NCBI GenBank assembly: GCA_951406725.2
Contig: OX597814.1
Coordinates: forward strand, 4,030,001 to 4,094,000
Source: Octopus vulgaris
Lineage: Eukaryota
Direction: 5' to 3'
Length of the DNA: 64,000 nt
Of the stretch, positions 1-11,407 are shown piece after piece. Position 1 is the first letter of the stretch. Every line of letters begins with the position of its first letter. The notes under the pieces are model-generated. The model ran no database searches. It had not been told where the DNA came from and saw nothing but the letters and a program-made list of their open reading frames with translations. The translations under genes were made by a program, and so were the position numbers.

Positions 1-623
1 AAATATATGTGACGGTGTGTATGAATGTATGTGAGTGTATAGATATATGGCTGTGTGTGTGTATGTCTGTGCATGCATGTTCATACGTGTGTATATATGT
101 GTTTGTGAATATGCGTTAGTGTGCACGTATGTGTGTGTGCGTGGCGGAGGGAGGGGTATATCTAAGTGCAGCCAATCATAATGGTTAATCTCAGTGGAAG
201 ATGTGAGGAGATTTGACCACAGCGGAGACGCTGTGTACGACAGAGAGAGAGAGAGGGAAAGATAGACGGGTGGAGAGAGTAGGAGGAGGAGGGAGTGATA
301 GTGATGGGTTGTGTGGTAGTGGTGGTGGGGAGGTTGTGGGGAGAGGGGTGGCGAAGCCGTGGCGTCAATGAAGTCATGGATATTTATCTGTTGTGGCCCG
401 GCAATCTGGATTGGCAAGTTAAGATAGAGAAGGAAGATAACGTCTCTTTAGTGATGGTCAGTTGGTTGGACATGATGCGTAAATTGGCCAAATGACAGCG
501 GTGGGGTGGGTGAGGAAGCGATGGGGGGGGTGACGGTGTAAAGAATTTGGAAAGAGGAGAAAGATTAAGAGATGAGAGAAAGATTAAGAGGATGAGTGGT
601 GATTGTGAAAGAGGGGAATGTAG

Positions 624-628
<5 letters not shown>

Positions 629-658
<30 letters not shown>

Positions 659-678
659 TAGATAGACAGATAGATATT

Positions 679-738
<60 letters not shown>

Positions 739-739
739 C

Positions 740-803
<64 letters not shown>

Positions 804-808
804 GGATG

Positions 809-880
<72 letters not shown>

Positions 881-930
881 CGAACAGATAGATAGATAGA
901 CAGACAGATATAGCTATTTAGATAAATAGA
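629..930. repeat. (GA)n/(GATA)n microsatellite
   Basis: Directly visible tandem GA then GATA units. Confidence 0.97.
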
Positions 931-1129
931 TAAGTTTCTTTATTAACCACACAGGGCCGAACACAGAGGGGACAAAATACAAGGTAGAGCTTTCTTTTTC
1001 GAAAAAAAAAAACAAGTGATAAATAGATAGATAGTGACAGACAGGCAGGCTGACAGACGGGCAGATAGATATATACGTACATTCACACATAAGCAGATGG
1101 GTGAATAGATTGACAGACAGGCGGTGTTA

Positions 1130-1572
1130 TTGGTGGTGTTATGATGATGATCATGATGATCATGATGATGGTGGTGGTGGTGGTGGTGGTGGTGGTGGTG
1201 GTGGTGGTGATGGTGGTGGTGGTGGTGGTGGTGGTGGTGGTGGTGGTGGTGATGATGGTGGTGGTGGTGGTGCTGGTGGTGGTGGGGGCGTGGTGGTGGT
1301 GGGGGTGATGGAGGTGGTGGTGGTGATGGTAGTGGTGATGGTGGTGATGATGGTGGTGGTGGTGGTGGTGGTGGTGGTGGTGGTGGTGGTGGTGGTGGTG
1401 GTGGTGGTGGTGGTGGTGGTGGTGGTGGTGATGCTGGTGGTGGTGGTGGTGGTGATGGTGGTGGTGGTGGTGGTGGTGGTGGTGGTGGTGGTGGTGGTGG
1501 TGGTGGTGGTGGTGGTGGTGGTGGTGGTGGTGGTGGTGGTGGTGGTGGTGGTGGTGGTGGTGGTGGTGGTGT
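1130..1572. repeat. (GGT)n/(GAT)n trinucleotide tract
   Basis: Visible; explains the poly-Gly/Val ORF 1101..1574. Confidence 0.97.
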
Positions 1573-1839
1573 AGGGTAGGTGTGTTAAAGGGGCGGTGTC
1601 GGTCAGTGCATCAAGTTAAATAATTGAATGGCTTGGGAAGGAGGAGAAGGAGGAGGAGGGAAATTAAAGTTTTACAGCGATTAGAGAAATGGGGGGAGGT
1701 TTTGTGTAAACAAACATGTAAGTGCCGTTGTGTGTGTTTATATGTGTGTGTGTGTGTGTGTGGTAGGTGTGTGTGTGGTGGTAGGTGTGTGTGTGTGTGT
1801 GCTTGTATTTGAAAAATGAATGAATGACCTTTGTTATAA

Positions 1840-2190
1840 TTGGTAAGAAATTTGTTTCCTAACTACATGGTTCCGAGTTCAGTCCCACTCTGTGGCACCT
1901 TAGGCAAGTGTCATCAACCTTAGCCTCAGACTGCTCAAAGCCGTGTAAGTTTAATTTCGTCATCGGAAAATGAACGAAGCCTGCCGTGTATGTATATCCA
2001 TGTTTGTCTCCTCACCCCCACCATCGCTTGACAACCGGTCTTGATGTTTTTCGTCCCCGTAGCATTACGGTTCGGCAAAAGCGACCGATAGAATTAATCC
2101 CCAGGTTTAAAGAATAAGTAGCGGGGTCGATTCCTCAAGGTGGTGCTCCAGCATGGCCACAGCCTAATGACAGAAGCAAGTAAAAGACAA
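1840..2190 (+). mobile_element. Degenerate family-A SINE (tRNA head, CORE-like box, internal microsatellite, CR1-like tail)
   Basis: ggttccgagttcagtcccact B-box region, ccttaggcaagtg, tail ggtggtgctccagcatggccacag...aagtaaaag. Confidence 0.8.
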
Positions 2191-2389
2191 ATCAAAGGAT
2201 ATTTACAAATCCTGTCGTGGTGCTGTTTTCGGTGATCAGAGATTGTTTTGTTTTTCTTTATATAGAGTAGAAGCTCGCACAATACGAGTGTCCCGAATTG
2301 CTGTCTTGATGTACAAGTGGAACTCCGCAATACGAACACACAAATCGTCCCCTCTTTAAGGTAATTCAGTTAATAAAACCAGTTTACAT

Positions 2390-2626
2390 ACTCTTTCTCT
2401 TTACTCTTTTACTCTTTTACTTGTTTCAGTCATTTGACTGCGGCCATGCTAGACACCGCCTTTAGTCGAGCAAATCGACCCCGGGACTTATTCTTTTGTA
2501 AGCCCAGTACTTATTCTATCGGTCTCTTTTGCCGAACCGCTAAGTGACGGGACGTAAACACACCAGCATCGGTTGTCAAGCAATGCTAGGGGGACAAACA
2601 CAGACACACAAACATACACACACACA

Positions 2627-2704
<78 letters not shown>

Positions 2705-2878
2705 CATATATACGACAGGCTTCGTTCAGTTTCCGTCTACCAAATCCACTCACAAGGCATTGGTCAGCCCGGGCACTATAGCAGAAGACACTTGCCCAAG
2801 ATGCCACGCAGTGGGACTGAACCCAGAACCATGTGGTTGGTTAGCAAGCTACTTACCACACAGCCACTCCTGCGCCTA
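2390..2878 (-). mobile_element. Family-A SINE, full length
   Basis: Reverse complement of the copies at 3898-4312 and 14031-14453, with internal (TA)n. Confidence 0.92.
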
Positions 2879-3460
2879 TTTCTTTTGCATTCTCTTTTTT
2901 TTTTATATAATTGTCATTTTATTTGTAACTCCACCATTTCTGTTTTAAAATCCATTAAAAACTATTTTTGAATGGTTTGGGGGGAGGGGTTGGAACGGAT
3001 TAATTATACTTTAGATAATTTCAATGGGAAAAGCTGATTTGTAAAACGGGTAAATCGCAAGACGAACTCGGTCATGGAACGAATTAAACTCGTACAGCGA
3101 GGTATCACTGAACATAGAAAACGGATTATCTGGTAGAGGACTAAGGTTCTTGTGTACGAGCAATTTTCAAACATGTTCTCTTTTTTGTATCAGAGTTCTT
3201 TCAATGTAGTCTTACTTTTCTATCCGGGTGTTGGAGTGGAGTTACAAAACTACACACACACACACACACACACACACATTCATATATATATATATATATA
3301 TATACATATATATATGACTCGTTTGAGTTACCTACATTCGTCTCTTTGACGACCGTACGGCCTTTTTCTGTTGTATACGTATAATTATTTTTTTGCTTTT
3401 CAATTATTATATTATTCTAGTTAGCCGTGTTTGCTTTTGTCCTTGTCGTATATGTTCGTT

Positions 3461-3575
3461 AGCCATTCCCATTAGCTTTCTGCTTTGGCGCTGCCAAGAC
3501 AGAGTAGTATTAATGTAAAAAGCGCGAAACCATTATTATCTCTTGGACATTGGCTGATGAGGAATCAGCTGCGAA
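3461..3575 (+). ncRNA. Candidate rearranged (pseudoknotted) hammerhead ribozyme, family 1, in a Penelope-like remnant
   Basis: gcgct(3488-92)/agcgc(3521-25) before GAAA 3526-29; ccaaga/tcttgg; GUA 3507-09; ttaatgt/acattgg before CUGAUGA 3554-60; attcc/ggaat closing helix. Confidence 0.7.
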
Positions 3576-3689
3576 TTTTCCGTGTGCTATGGTTTTCTCG
3601 AATTTTCCATTTGTTACGTTTTTGTTAAATTTTCCGTTTGTTTTGTTCTTGTTATTTAATCCTTGAAATGTTTATATATTTACACACAT

Positions 3690-3862
3690 AGGCGCAGGAG
3701 TGGCTGTGTGGTAAGTAGCTTGCTAACCAACCATATTGTTCCGGGTTCAGTCCCACTGCGTGGCATCTTGGGCAAGTGTCTTCTGCTATAGTGCCCGGGC
3801 TGACCAATGCCTTGTGAGTGGATTTGGTAGACGGAAACTGAACGAAGCCTGTCGTATATATG

Positions 3863-3894
<32 letters not shown>

Positions 3895-4312
3895 TATAGG
3901 CGCAGGGGTGGCTGTGTGGTAAGTAGCTTGCTAACCAACCATATTGTTCCGGGTTCAGTCCCACTGCGTGGCACCTTGGGCAAGTGTCTTCTGCTATAGC
4001 CCCGGGCCGACCAATGCCTTGTGAGTGGATTTGGTAGACGGAAACTGAAAGAAGCCTGTCGTATATATGTATTATATATATATATATATGTATGTGTATG
4101 TGCGTGCATGTGCTTGTGTGTCTGTGTTTTTCTCCCTAGCATTGCTTGACAACCGATGCTGGTGTGTTTACGTCCCCGTCACTTAGCGGTTCGGCAAAAG
4201 AGACCGACAGAATAAGTACTGGGCTTACAAAGAATAAGTCCCGGGGTCGATTTGCTCGACTAAAGGCGGTGCTCCAGCATGGCCGCAGTCAAATGACTGA
4301 AACAAGTAAAAG
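3690..4312 (+). mobile_element. Family-A SINE with duplicated head (3690-3856 and 3898-4312)
   Basis: A box tggctgtgtgg, B box ggttcagtccc, CORE-like ccttgggcaagt; both heads share the variant catattgttccgg. Confidence 0.92.
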
Positions 4313-4419
4313 AGAGAGAGAGTATACATACACACACGCACGCTCACATATATATAAATACATATGCATGTATATATACGTACATATATACATATATACA
4401 AACATATTTTCTGACACTC

Positions 4420-4695
4420 TGTCACTTACGCGCTTTTGACGACGAAAATTCCAGTTGATGCGATCAACGGAACAGCACTCCACAGACACGTGTACTCTTA
4501 ATGTAGTTCTCGGGGAGATTCAACGTAACACGAAATGTGACAAGGTTGGCCGCTTTGAATTACTGGTACTACTCATTTTTGCCAGCTGAGTGGACTGGAG
4601 CAACGTGGAATAAAGTGTCATGTTCAAGAGTACAACGCGCCGCCAGGAATCGAACTCACGACCAAATACCCAAACCACTAATCGTGAACCAAATA
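4420..4695 (-). mobile_element. Degenerate tRNA-derived SINE (Meta-domain-like, tail shared with 20513-20900)
   Basis: Reverse strand cttgaacatgacactttattccacgttgctccagtccactcagctg; tail similar to 20750-20895. Confidence 0.7.
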
Positions 4696-4696
4696 C

Positions 4697-4848
<152 letters not shown>

Positions 4849-4956
4849 TACATACATCATGTATTTGATAAGGCATGTATGTGAAGAGTATATATGTGTA
4901 TCCATTTTTGGTAGCTGAGTGAACAGGAGCAACATGAAATAAAGCGTCTTGCTCAA

Positions 4957-5005
<49 letters not shown>

Positions 5006-5011
5006 TATATT

Positions 5012-5046
<35 letters not shown>

Positions 5047-5051
5047 TTGTG

Positions 5052-5104
<53 letters not shown>

Positions 5105-5975
5105 ATATATATGCAGGGTGTAGTGAATAAACTGTCGTCTAAATTACGCAAAAATGAAAATAACACTGACATCTCATTTTAACAGATATATTTACCAAAA
5201 TTACATAAAAATATCTTGAAATACTAAAGAGTAAATTTATTCAATAAAATCGCCATTGGCTTCAACCATGGCCTCCAGGCGACTTAGGAATCTCCTGCAA
5301 CTCTTTTGGATGGTCTCGCTGTTTAAGTTGGTGAATGCTGCCATAATCCTTGCCTTCAGTTCATCTTTGGTGTTACAAGGAGTTTTGTGTGTCACTCGCT
5401 CAACTGTGCCCCCCACATAATAATCAAGGGGGTTGCAGTCTGGGGAGCTAGGTGGCCAGATGTTAGGTGTGTTGTGGTCACAGAAATTGTCTGACAGCCA
5501 TGAGTGGGTTCTCCTGCTTGTGTGGCATAGTGCAGAACCCTGTTACTAGATATAGAGTCTTCCAGCAGCCAACCGCTTGACCCAGAGCAGCACTGCCTCC
5601 TCCAGGCACTTGATGTAGGCCTCCGTGTTGAATGTGAGGCTGTGTGGGAAGATGAATGGAGGCATAATGTCGCCATCACTAGTGATCACTCCAAACACCA
5701 TGATGTTGACTGGATGTTTGATTTTTATCACTCTCGGTACATGTGCTCAGATTGAAACCCAAACACTTTGGAATGTTCGTATTGAAGCTTCCGGAGCGAA
5801 TGCCAAGCGGTACAGCCTGTTGTTACCAAGTTTCTGGCAGAGGGAATTGTGTCATGGGGCTGTTTTTCTCACGGACGGCACCCAGCTGACCCTACTATAC
5901 TGTGTAGTCAACAAAATCAAAAACAAACAACGCACATGCGCAGAATTAAAAATATAAAAGGGCGACGGTTAGGCA

Positions 5976-6052
5976 TCTTGGAAAGACAAGAGGAGTGCTC
6001 GGAAAGACGAGCGGACAATAGGAAAGACTATCGACACTAGGAAAGACTGGTG
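5976..6052 (+). other. Array of four RNA hairpins with invariant GAAAGA loop in the Hero 5' UTR
   Basis: tcttg/caaga, gctcg/cgagc, atag/ctat and cactag/ctggtg each enclose gaaaga. Confidence 0.85.
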
Positions 6053-6110
6053 GAGGCTGCGGACTTACGATCCTCGCCTCTGTAATATATTGTAACGGAA
6101 ATAACTGGAA

Positions 6111-6870
6111 ATGACAGCCCCACGATTGACCGAGAGGGGGAGAGTCGAGAATCAATCAAACCCAGTCAGCACGGGAATGACCTTGGAAACGAATATGATT
6201 ATTCATTCGAACAGCGAACGAAATGCAAACAACTTTGGATGCAAGCTGTGTTATAGAACCTTTGCAACTGTGAGAGGCTTGAAGATACATCAAGGAAAGA
6301 CTTGTGAGACGAGGACAGAGCAGTGTGGATCGTCAGATCGTAAAACACGTGGCAAATCATCCCCGAACTCAAACCACAGCGGATCGATAAATGCTACAGC
6401 AGAGACCTCTTCACGTGATGAAGCTACAAGTCATGAAACTAGTGCATCGGATAATACTCAGAGGAAACCGAGAGTTTTGTGGCCTGCTGCTAATGAGAAA
6501 GTGAAATATAAAGAGTTTGAAAACAAGGTTTGTCGGGCTCTTTATAAAATGACAGGCTCTACAGTGGAGAAACTGGGTAAATTATCAAGCTCAATATACA
6601 ATATAAGAAAAGATTTATTTGGAATAAAAGAGAATATCCGACTAGAGAAAGGAAAGTGTGGACCACGCAGGCTGGAAAGCAGAACATTTTCCTATCGAAG
6701 TCGGATGTAGAGGGTTTGTTGGACACAGCGTGAGACGACTGTTGTTATCGCTAGGCCTAACTCATCGTAAAGTCAATACCACCATGACTGATATCCAATC
6801 TACAGTGGAGAAAGCTAGCCACTGGATTTGGTTAAAAAGAGACGATGAGCGATGGCTAGAAGTATATTGA
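6111..6870 (+). pseudogene. Hero ORF remnant: N-terminus (6111-~6668) joined to endonuclease C-terminus (~6665-6870)
   Basis: ORF track 6111..6710 and 6658..6870; motifs typical of Hero proteins. Confidence 0.8.
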
Positions 6871-6880
6871 GTTCTTCATA

Positions 6881-7030
6881 ACCAGCTGATCTAGCAAGCG
6901 GGGCCTCATATCAGTGAGGGGGGCCGGTGCGCATTGATGCCGTCGAGAGGTAGGCCACGAAACGGCGCGCATTCTCTCCTGATGACCCCATACACTTGCT
7001 AGCTTCCGGTATACGGAGCTTTTAACTGGT
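6881..7030 (+). ncRNA. Candidate rearranged hammerhead ribozyme, family 2, in the Hero 3' UTR
   Basis: ggggcc(6920-25)/ggccac before GAAA 6959-62; gccGUC 6939-44 pairs with acggc; gagag/ctctc before CUGAUGA 6979-85; gtgcgc/gcgcat; enclosing ctagcaag/cttgctag. Confidence 0.72.
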
Positions 7031-7282
7031 AGCACTTGCATGTGCAAGTTGTTTGCAAGACACCCATCGCACCCTGTATGTGCATGCACACGTACAATTT
7101 AAATAAGAGTTTCTGATATTTGCATTCTGTAGAGATACAATAATTTTGAAGATATATGTTACATAGATCCATACACGCACACGCGCGCACACACACACAC
7201 ACACACATACATGCACACACAAACACACACACACACATGCACACACAAACACACACACACACACACACACACAATAGGCCTA

Positions 7283-8607
7283 CATTTTCTTTTCTACTCT
7301 AAGCACAAGGCCCGAAATTTGGGGGGAGGGAGCCAGTCGATTATATCGACTCCAATACCCAACTGGTGCTTAATTTATCGACCCTCGAAAGGATGAAAGG
7401 CAAAGTTGACCTCGGCGGAATTTGAACTCAGAACGTAAAGACAGACGAAATACCTATTTCTTTACTACCCACAAGGGGCTAAACACAGATAGGATAAACA
7501 AGGACAGACAAACGGATTGAGTCGATTATATCGACTCCAGTGTGTAACTGGTACTTATTTAATCGACCCCGAAAGGATGAAAGGCAAAGTTGACCTCGGC
7601 GGAATTTGAACTTAGAACGTAAAGACAGACGAAATACCTATTTCTTTACTACCCACAAGGGGCTAAACACAGATAGGATAAACAAGGACAGACAAACGGA
7701 TTGAGTCGATTATATCGACTCCAGTGTGTAACTGGTACTTATTTAATCGACCCCGAAAGGATGAAAGGCAAAGTTGACCTCGGCGGAATTTGAACTCAGA
7801 ACGTAAAGACAGACGAAATACCTATTTCTTTACTACCCACAAGGGGCTAAACACAGATAGGATAAACAAGGACAGACAAACGGATTGAGTCGATTATATC
7901 GACTCCAGTGTGTAACTGGTACTTATTTAATCGACCCCGAAAGGATGAAAGGCAAAGTTGACCTCGGCGGAATTTGAACTCAGAACGTAAAGACAGACGA
8001 AATACCTATTTCTTTACTACCCACAAGGGGCTAAACACAGATAGGATAAACAAGGACAGACAAAGGGATTAAGTCGATTATATCGACTCCAGTGTGTAAC
8101 TGGTACTTATTTAATCGACCCCGAAAGGATGAAAGGCAAAGTTGACCTCGGCGGAATTTGAACTCAGAACGTAAAGACAGACGAAATACCTATTTCTTTA
8201 CTACCCACAAGGGGCTAAACACAGATAGGATAAACAAGGACAGACAAAGGGATTAAGTCGATTATATCGACTCCAGTGTGTAACTGGTACTTATTTAATC
8301 GACCCCGAAAGGATGAAAGGCAAAGTCGACGTCGGCGGAATTTGAACTCAGAACGTAGCGGCAGACGAAATACCTATTTCTTTACTACCCACAAGGGACC
8401 AAACACAGAGAGGACAAACAAGGACAGACAAACGGATTAAGTCGATTATATCGATCCCAGTGCGTAACTGGTACTTATTTAATCGACCCCGAAAGGATGA
8501 AAGGCAAAGTCGACCTCAGCGGAATTTGAACTCAGAACGTAGCGGCAGAAGAAATACCGCTAAGCATTTCGTCCAACGAGCTAACGTTTCTGCCAGCTCG
8601 CCGCCTT
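7283..8607 (-). mobile_element. Family-B (Nin-domain) SINE multimer: one head plus ~184-bp tandem units
   Basis: gaactcagaacg (one copy gaacttagaacg) recurs at 7424, 7608, 7792, 7976, 8160, 8344, 8528; Nin-like ctttcatcctttcggggtcgat on the minus strand. Confidence 0.92.
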
Positions 8608-9167
8608 AATAGGGCCACATAATGAATGACCAGCAAAAGTGTGGTGAGTAAGGGAGCTGGTGACAGTGGAATAACTATAACGAAGGGGTGATTAATCAAA
8701 TCCTTAAACATCATATAATTAATCGCAAGAATATTGACCACGAAATCCGAACTTTATTTATTTGTTTAACAAAAAAAAAAAATTGTTTATTAAACTAATT
8801 ATAAGGCTCATTAGCCTAAGCGGGATTAGAACATCCACCCACAGGTACACAATGCAAGGACACATACACAGACGCATACACACGCACACATTCGTTCACA
8901 AACACACACATAGACACACATACATACAAACACATTCACATGATACACAGTCTTAATTGTCTGTGCGTGTGTGTGTGTATCTAAGTTTATATTTATGTAT
9001 ATATGTCAGTACAAACATGTATATGTATATATATATGTATATACGCATGTATATACATATATATATATATATATATATAAGTATATGTATGTATATATAT
9101 ATATATATATACACGTATATATATGTGCATATATATATATATACGTTTATAAAAATATATATATATA

Positions 9168-9209
<42 letters not shown>

Positions 9210-9211
9210 TA

Positions 9212-9242
<31 letters not shown>

Positions 9243-9281
9243 TACACACATACACACACACATATATATATACATACATAC

Positions 9282-9414
<133 letters not shown>

Positions 9415-9454
9415 TACACACATACACACATATATATATATATATATTATGTGT

Positions 9455-9880
9455 GTGTTCATTTGGAAGAGAAACTCGTCGGCGGTCAGGCAGACAGACG
9501 GACTAAATGCCCCGGGGGGCGTTGGATTGTGGCCCACCGCCCCCTCCTTCCTCTTTCTTCTCACCCTCCTTCACGTCCCTCCTCTCTCTCTCTCTCTCTC
9601 TCATCCAACCATCCTAAACATCACTATTTCCGCCAAACGAACAACAACAACACCAATAACAACAACACCAGGCACAGCGACACACAGACAACAACAGAAG
9701 TGGCACCGTACTAAAGCAGTGACAGGTGGGGTAGGGTGATTAATGATGCAGGAGATTAGCATAATCTCTTCTGCGGCCCGCCTGCGCCGCCGCCGCCGCC
9801 GCCACCGCCCCGTCGCCTCGTTCTTGTTGTTGCCTGTTTGTGGCGGGAGACAAACTTCTTATTTGACATGTGACCTCGCT
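9455..9880. promoter_or_regulatory. Unique GC-rich island, putative enhancer
   Basis: TGACAG, TGATTAAT and POU-like ATTAGCAT within non-repetitive sequence; motif inference only. Confidence 0.35.
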
Positions 9881-10334
9881 TTTCACACACACAGACACAC
9901 ACATGTATCTGTGCATACTTGTTATGTATGTATATACTCTACACGCGTAAATATATACGCACAATACACACACACACACACACATATTCTTTTATTCTTT
10001 TATTTGTTTCAGTCATTTGACTGCGGCCATGCTGGAGCACCGCTGTTAGTCGAACAAATCGACCCCAGGACTTATCATTCTTTGTTAGCCTAGTACATAT
10101 TCTATCGATCGTTTTTGCCGAATCGCTAAGTTACGGAGACGTAAACACTCCAACATCGGTTGTCAAGCGATGATGAGGGACAACCACAGACAAACAAACA
10201 CATACACACATATATATTTACATAATATCGAGGTCTCTTTCATTCGTTTGATGACTTACCACTACTAATAATATATATATAATGTGACCTCGTGTGTACC
10301 GTTGGCGATTTTTCCCCTCTGTCTTCCCTTCTAT

Positions 10335-10369
10335 GTTTCCGACGAAGAGCTCCGCTCGAAACGTTAAAC
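10335..10369 (+). ncRNA. Minimal type-I hammerhead (U4C core) in a Penelope-like remnant
   Basis: gttt-CCGACGA-a-gagc.tcc.gctc-GAAA-cg-UU-aaac. Confidence 0.75.
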
Positions 10370-10460
10370 CCTCCTTCTTTCCTTCTTTCTTGAGCGTCCA
10401 ATAATACTATATTTGTTCCACATCCTCGCGTTGTTGTGTTTTTTGTGCTTTCTTGTTTGG

Positions 10461-10498
<38 letters not shown>

Positions 10499-10539
10499 GA
10501 AGGTTGAAAAGGAACACACGAGTTGATATATATATGGAA

Positions 10540-11090
10540 GAAAAAGTCAAGGTAGAAAATGCTAAAATAATTTTATAAACTGTATGGAAAACAATAAAAT
10601 TTTGGAAAATGAAAAGGAAAGTCTTTTTAAAAGAATATTTGTATAGTGTTCAAATACAAGTGCCATTTTCCTTGTTTCTGCCTTTCTCTGTCTCTCTTGT
10701 GGGTTCGAGGTAATTGTGTATTCTTGGCAGAGAAGAAGAAGAAGAAGAAGAAGAAGAAGAAGAAGAAGAAGAAGAAGAAGAAGAAGAAGAAGAAGAAGAA
10801 GAAGAAGAAGAATTTTCTTCTTCTCCTCCTCCTCCCCTTCTTCTTCCTTACCAAGAATTCACAATGACCTTGAACCCACAAGATTAAACAAGAGAGACAG
10901 AGACAGGCAGAAACAAGGAAAATGGCCCTTATATTTGAATGCTATGCAAATATTCTTCCAAAAAACTTTTCTTTTAATTTTTCCTGAATTTAATTGTTTT
11001 CCATAATTAGAGTTGAAAAAGTCTCAATGATTGAAACCGGTACTCAAATGTTTTTTTATAAAATTATCTTAGCATTTTTTACCTTGACTA
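10540..11090. repeat. Imperfect ~550-bp palindrome centred on (GAA)n, Penelope-like
   Basis: 10625-10740 mirrors 10835-10968; 10545-10580 mirrors 11053-11089. Confidence 0.8.
11006..11049 (+). ncRNA. Minimal type-I hammerhead with U3-A8 compensatory core
   Basis: gag-UUGAAAA-agtc.tcaat.gatt-GAAA-ccgg-UA-ctc; palindromic stem III accggt. Confidence 0.7.
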
Positions 11091-11218
11091 CATGGTTCCG
11101 GATTCAATCCCACTACGTGGGACCTTGGGCAAGTGTCTTCTACTATAGCCTAGGGTCGTCCAAAGACTTGTGAGTGGATTTGGTGCACGAAAACTGAAAG
11201 AAGCTCGTCGTATATATA

Positions 11219-11287
<69 letters not shown>

Positions 11288-11304
11288 GTATATGTATACA
11301 TACA

Positions 11305-11336
<32 letters not shown>

Positions 11337-11374
11337 CATACATACATACATACATACATACATACATACATACA

Positions 11375-11407
<33 letters not shown>

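Larger units (their letters stand above)
5972..7060 (+). mobile_element. Internally deleted Hero (R2-group, RLE) non-LTR retrotransposon
   Basis: N-terminal zinc finger CKLC..GLKIHQGKTC and RKPRVLWP fused out of frame to the C-terminal RLE tail GWK..FPIEVGCRGF..SHWIWLKR; no RT domain. Confidence 0.85.
5114..7076 (-). mobile_element. Tc1/mariner (DD37D maT-like) deletion derivative; one TIR split by the Hero insertion
   Basis: Termini cagggtg...caccctg-ta; transposase remnants KHPVNIMVFGVITSDG and WPPSSPDCNPLDYYVWG on the minus strand. Confidence 0.8.

Noticed and set aside
5972-5984. Possible TIR ggcatcttggaaa / tttgcaagacacc around the Hero insert
   Set aside because: Short, mismatched, no TSD; better explained by the first GAAAGA hairpin.
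7283-8607. Regular tandem array resembling CRISPR
   Set aside because: Units are near-identical 184-bp SINE bodies with no unique spacers, no cas genes, and a eukaryotic context.
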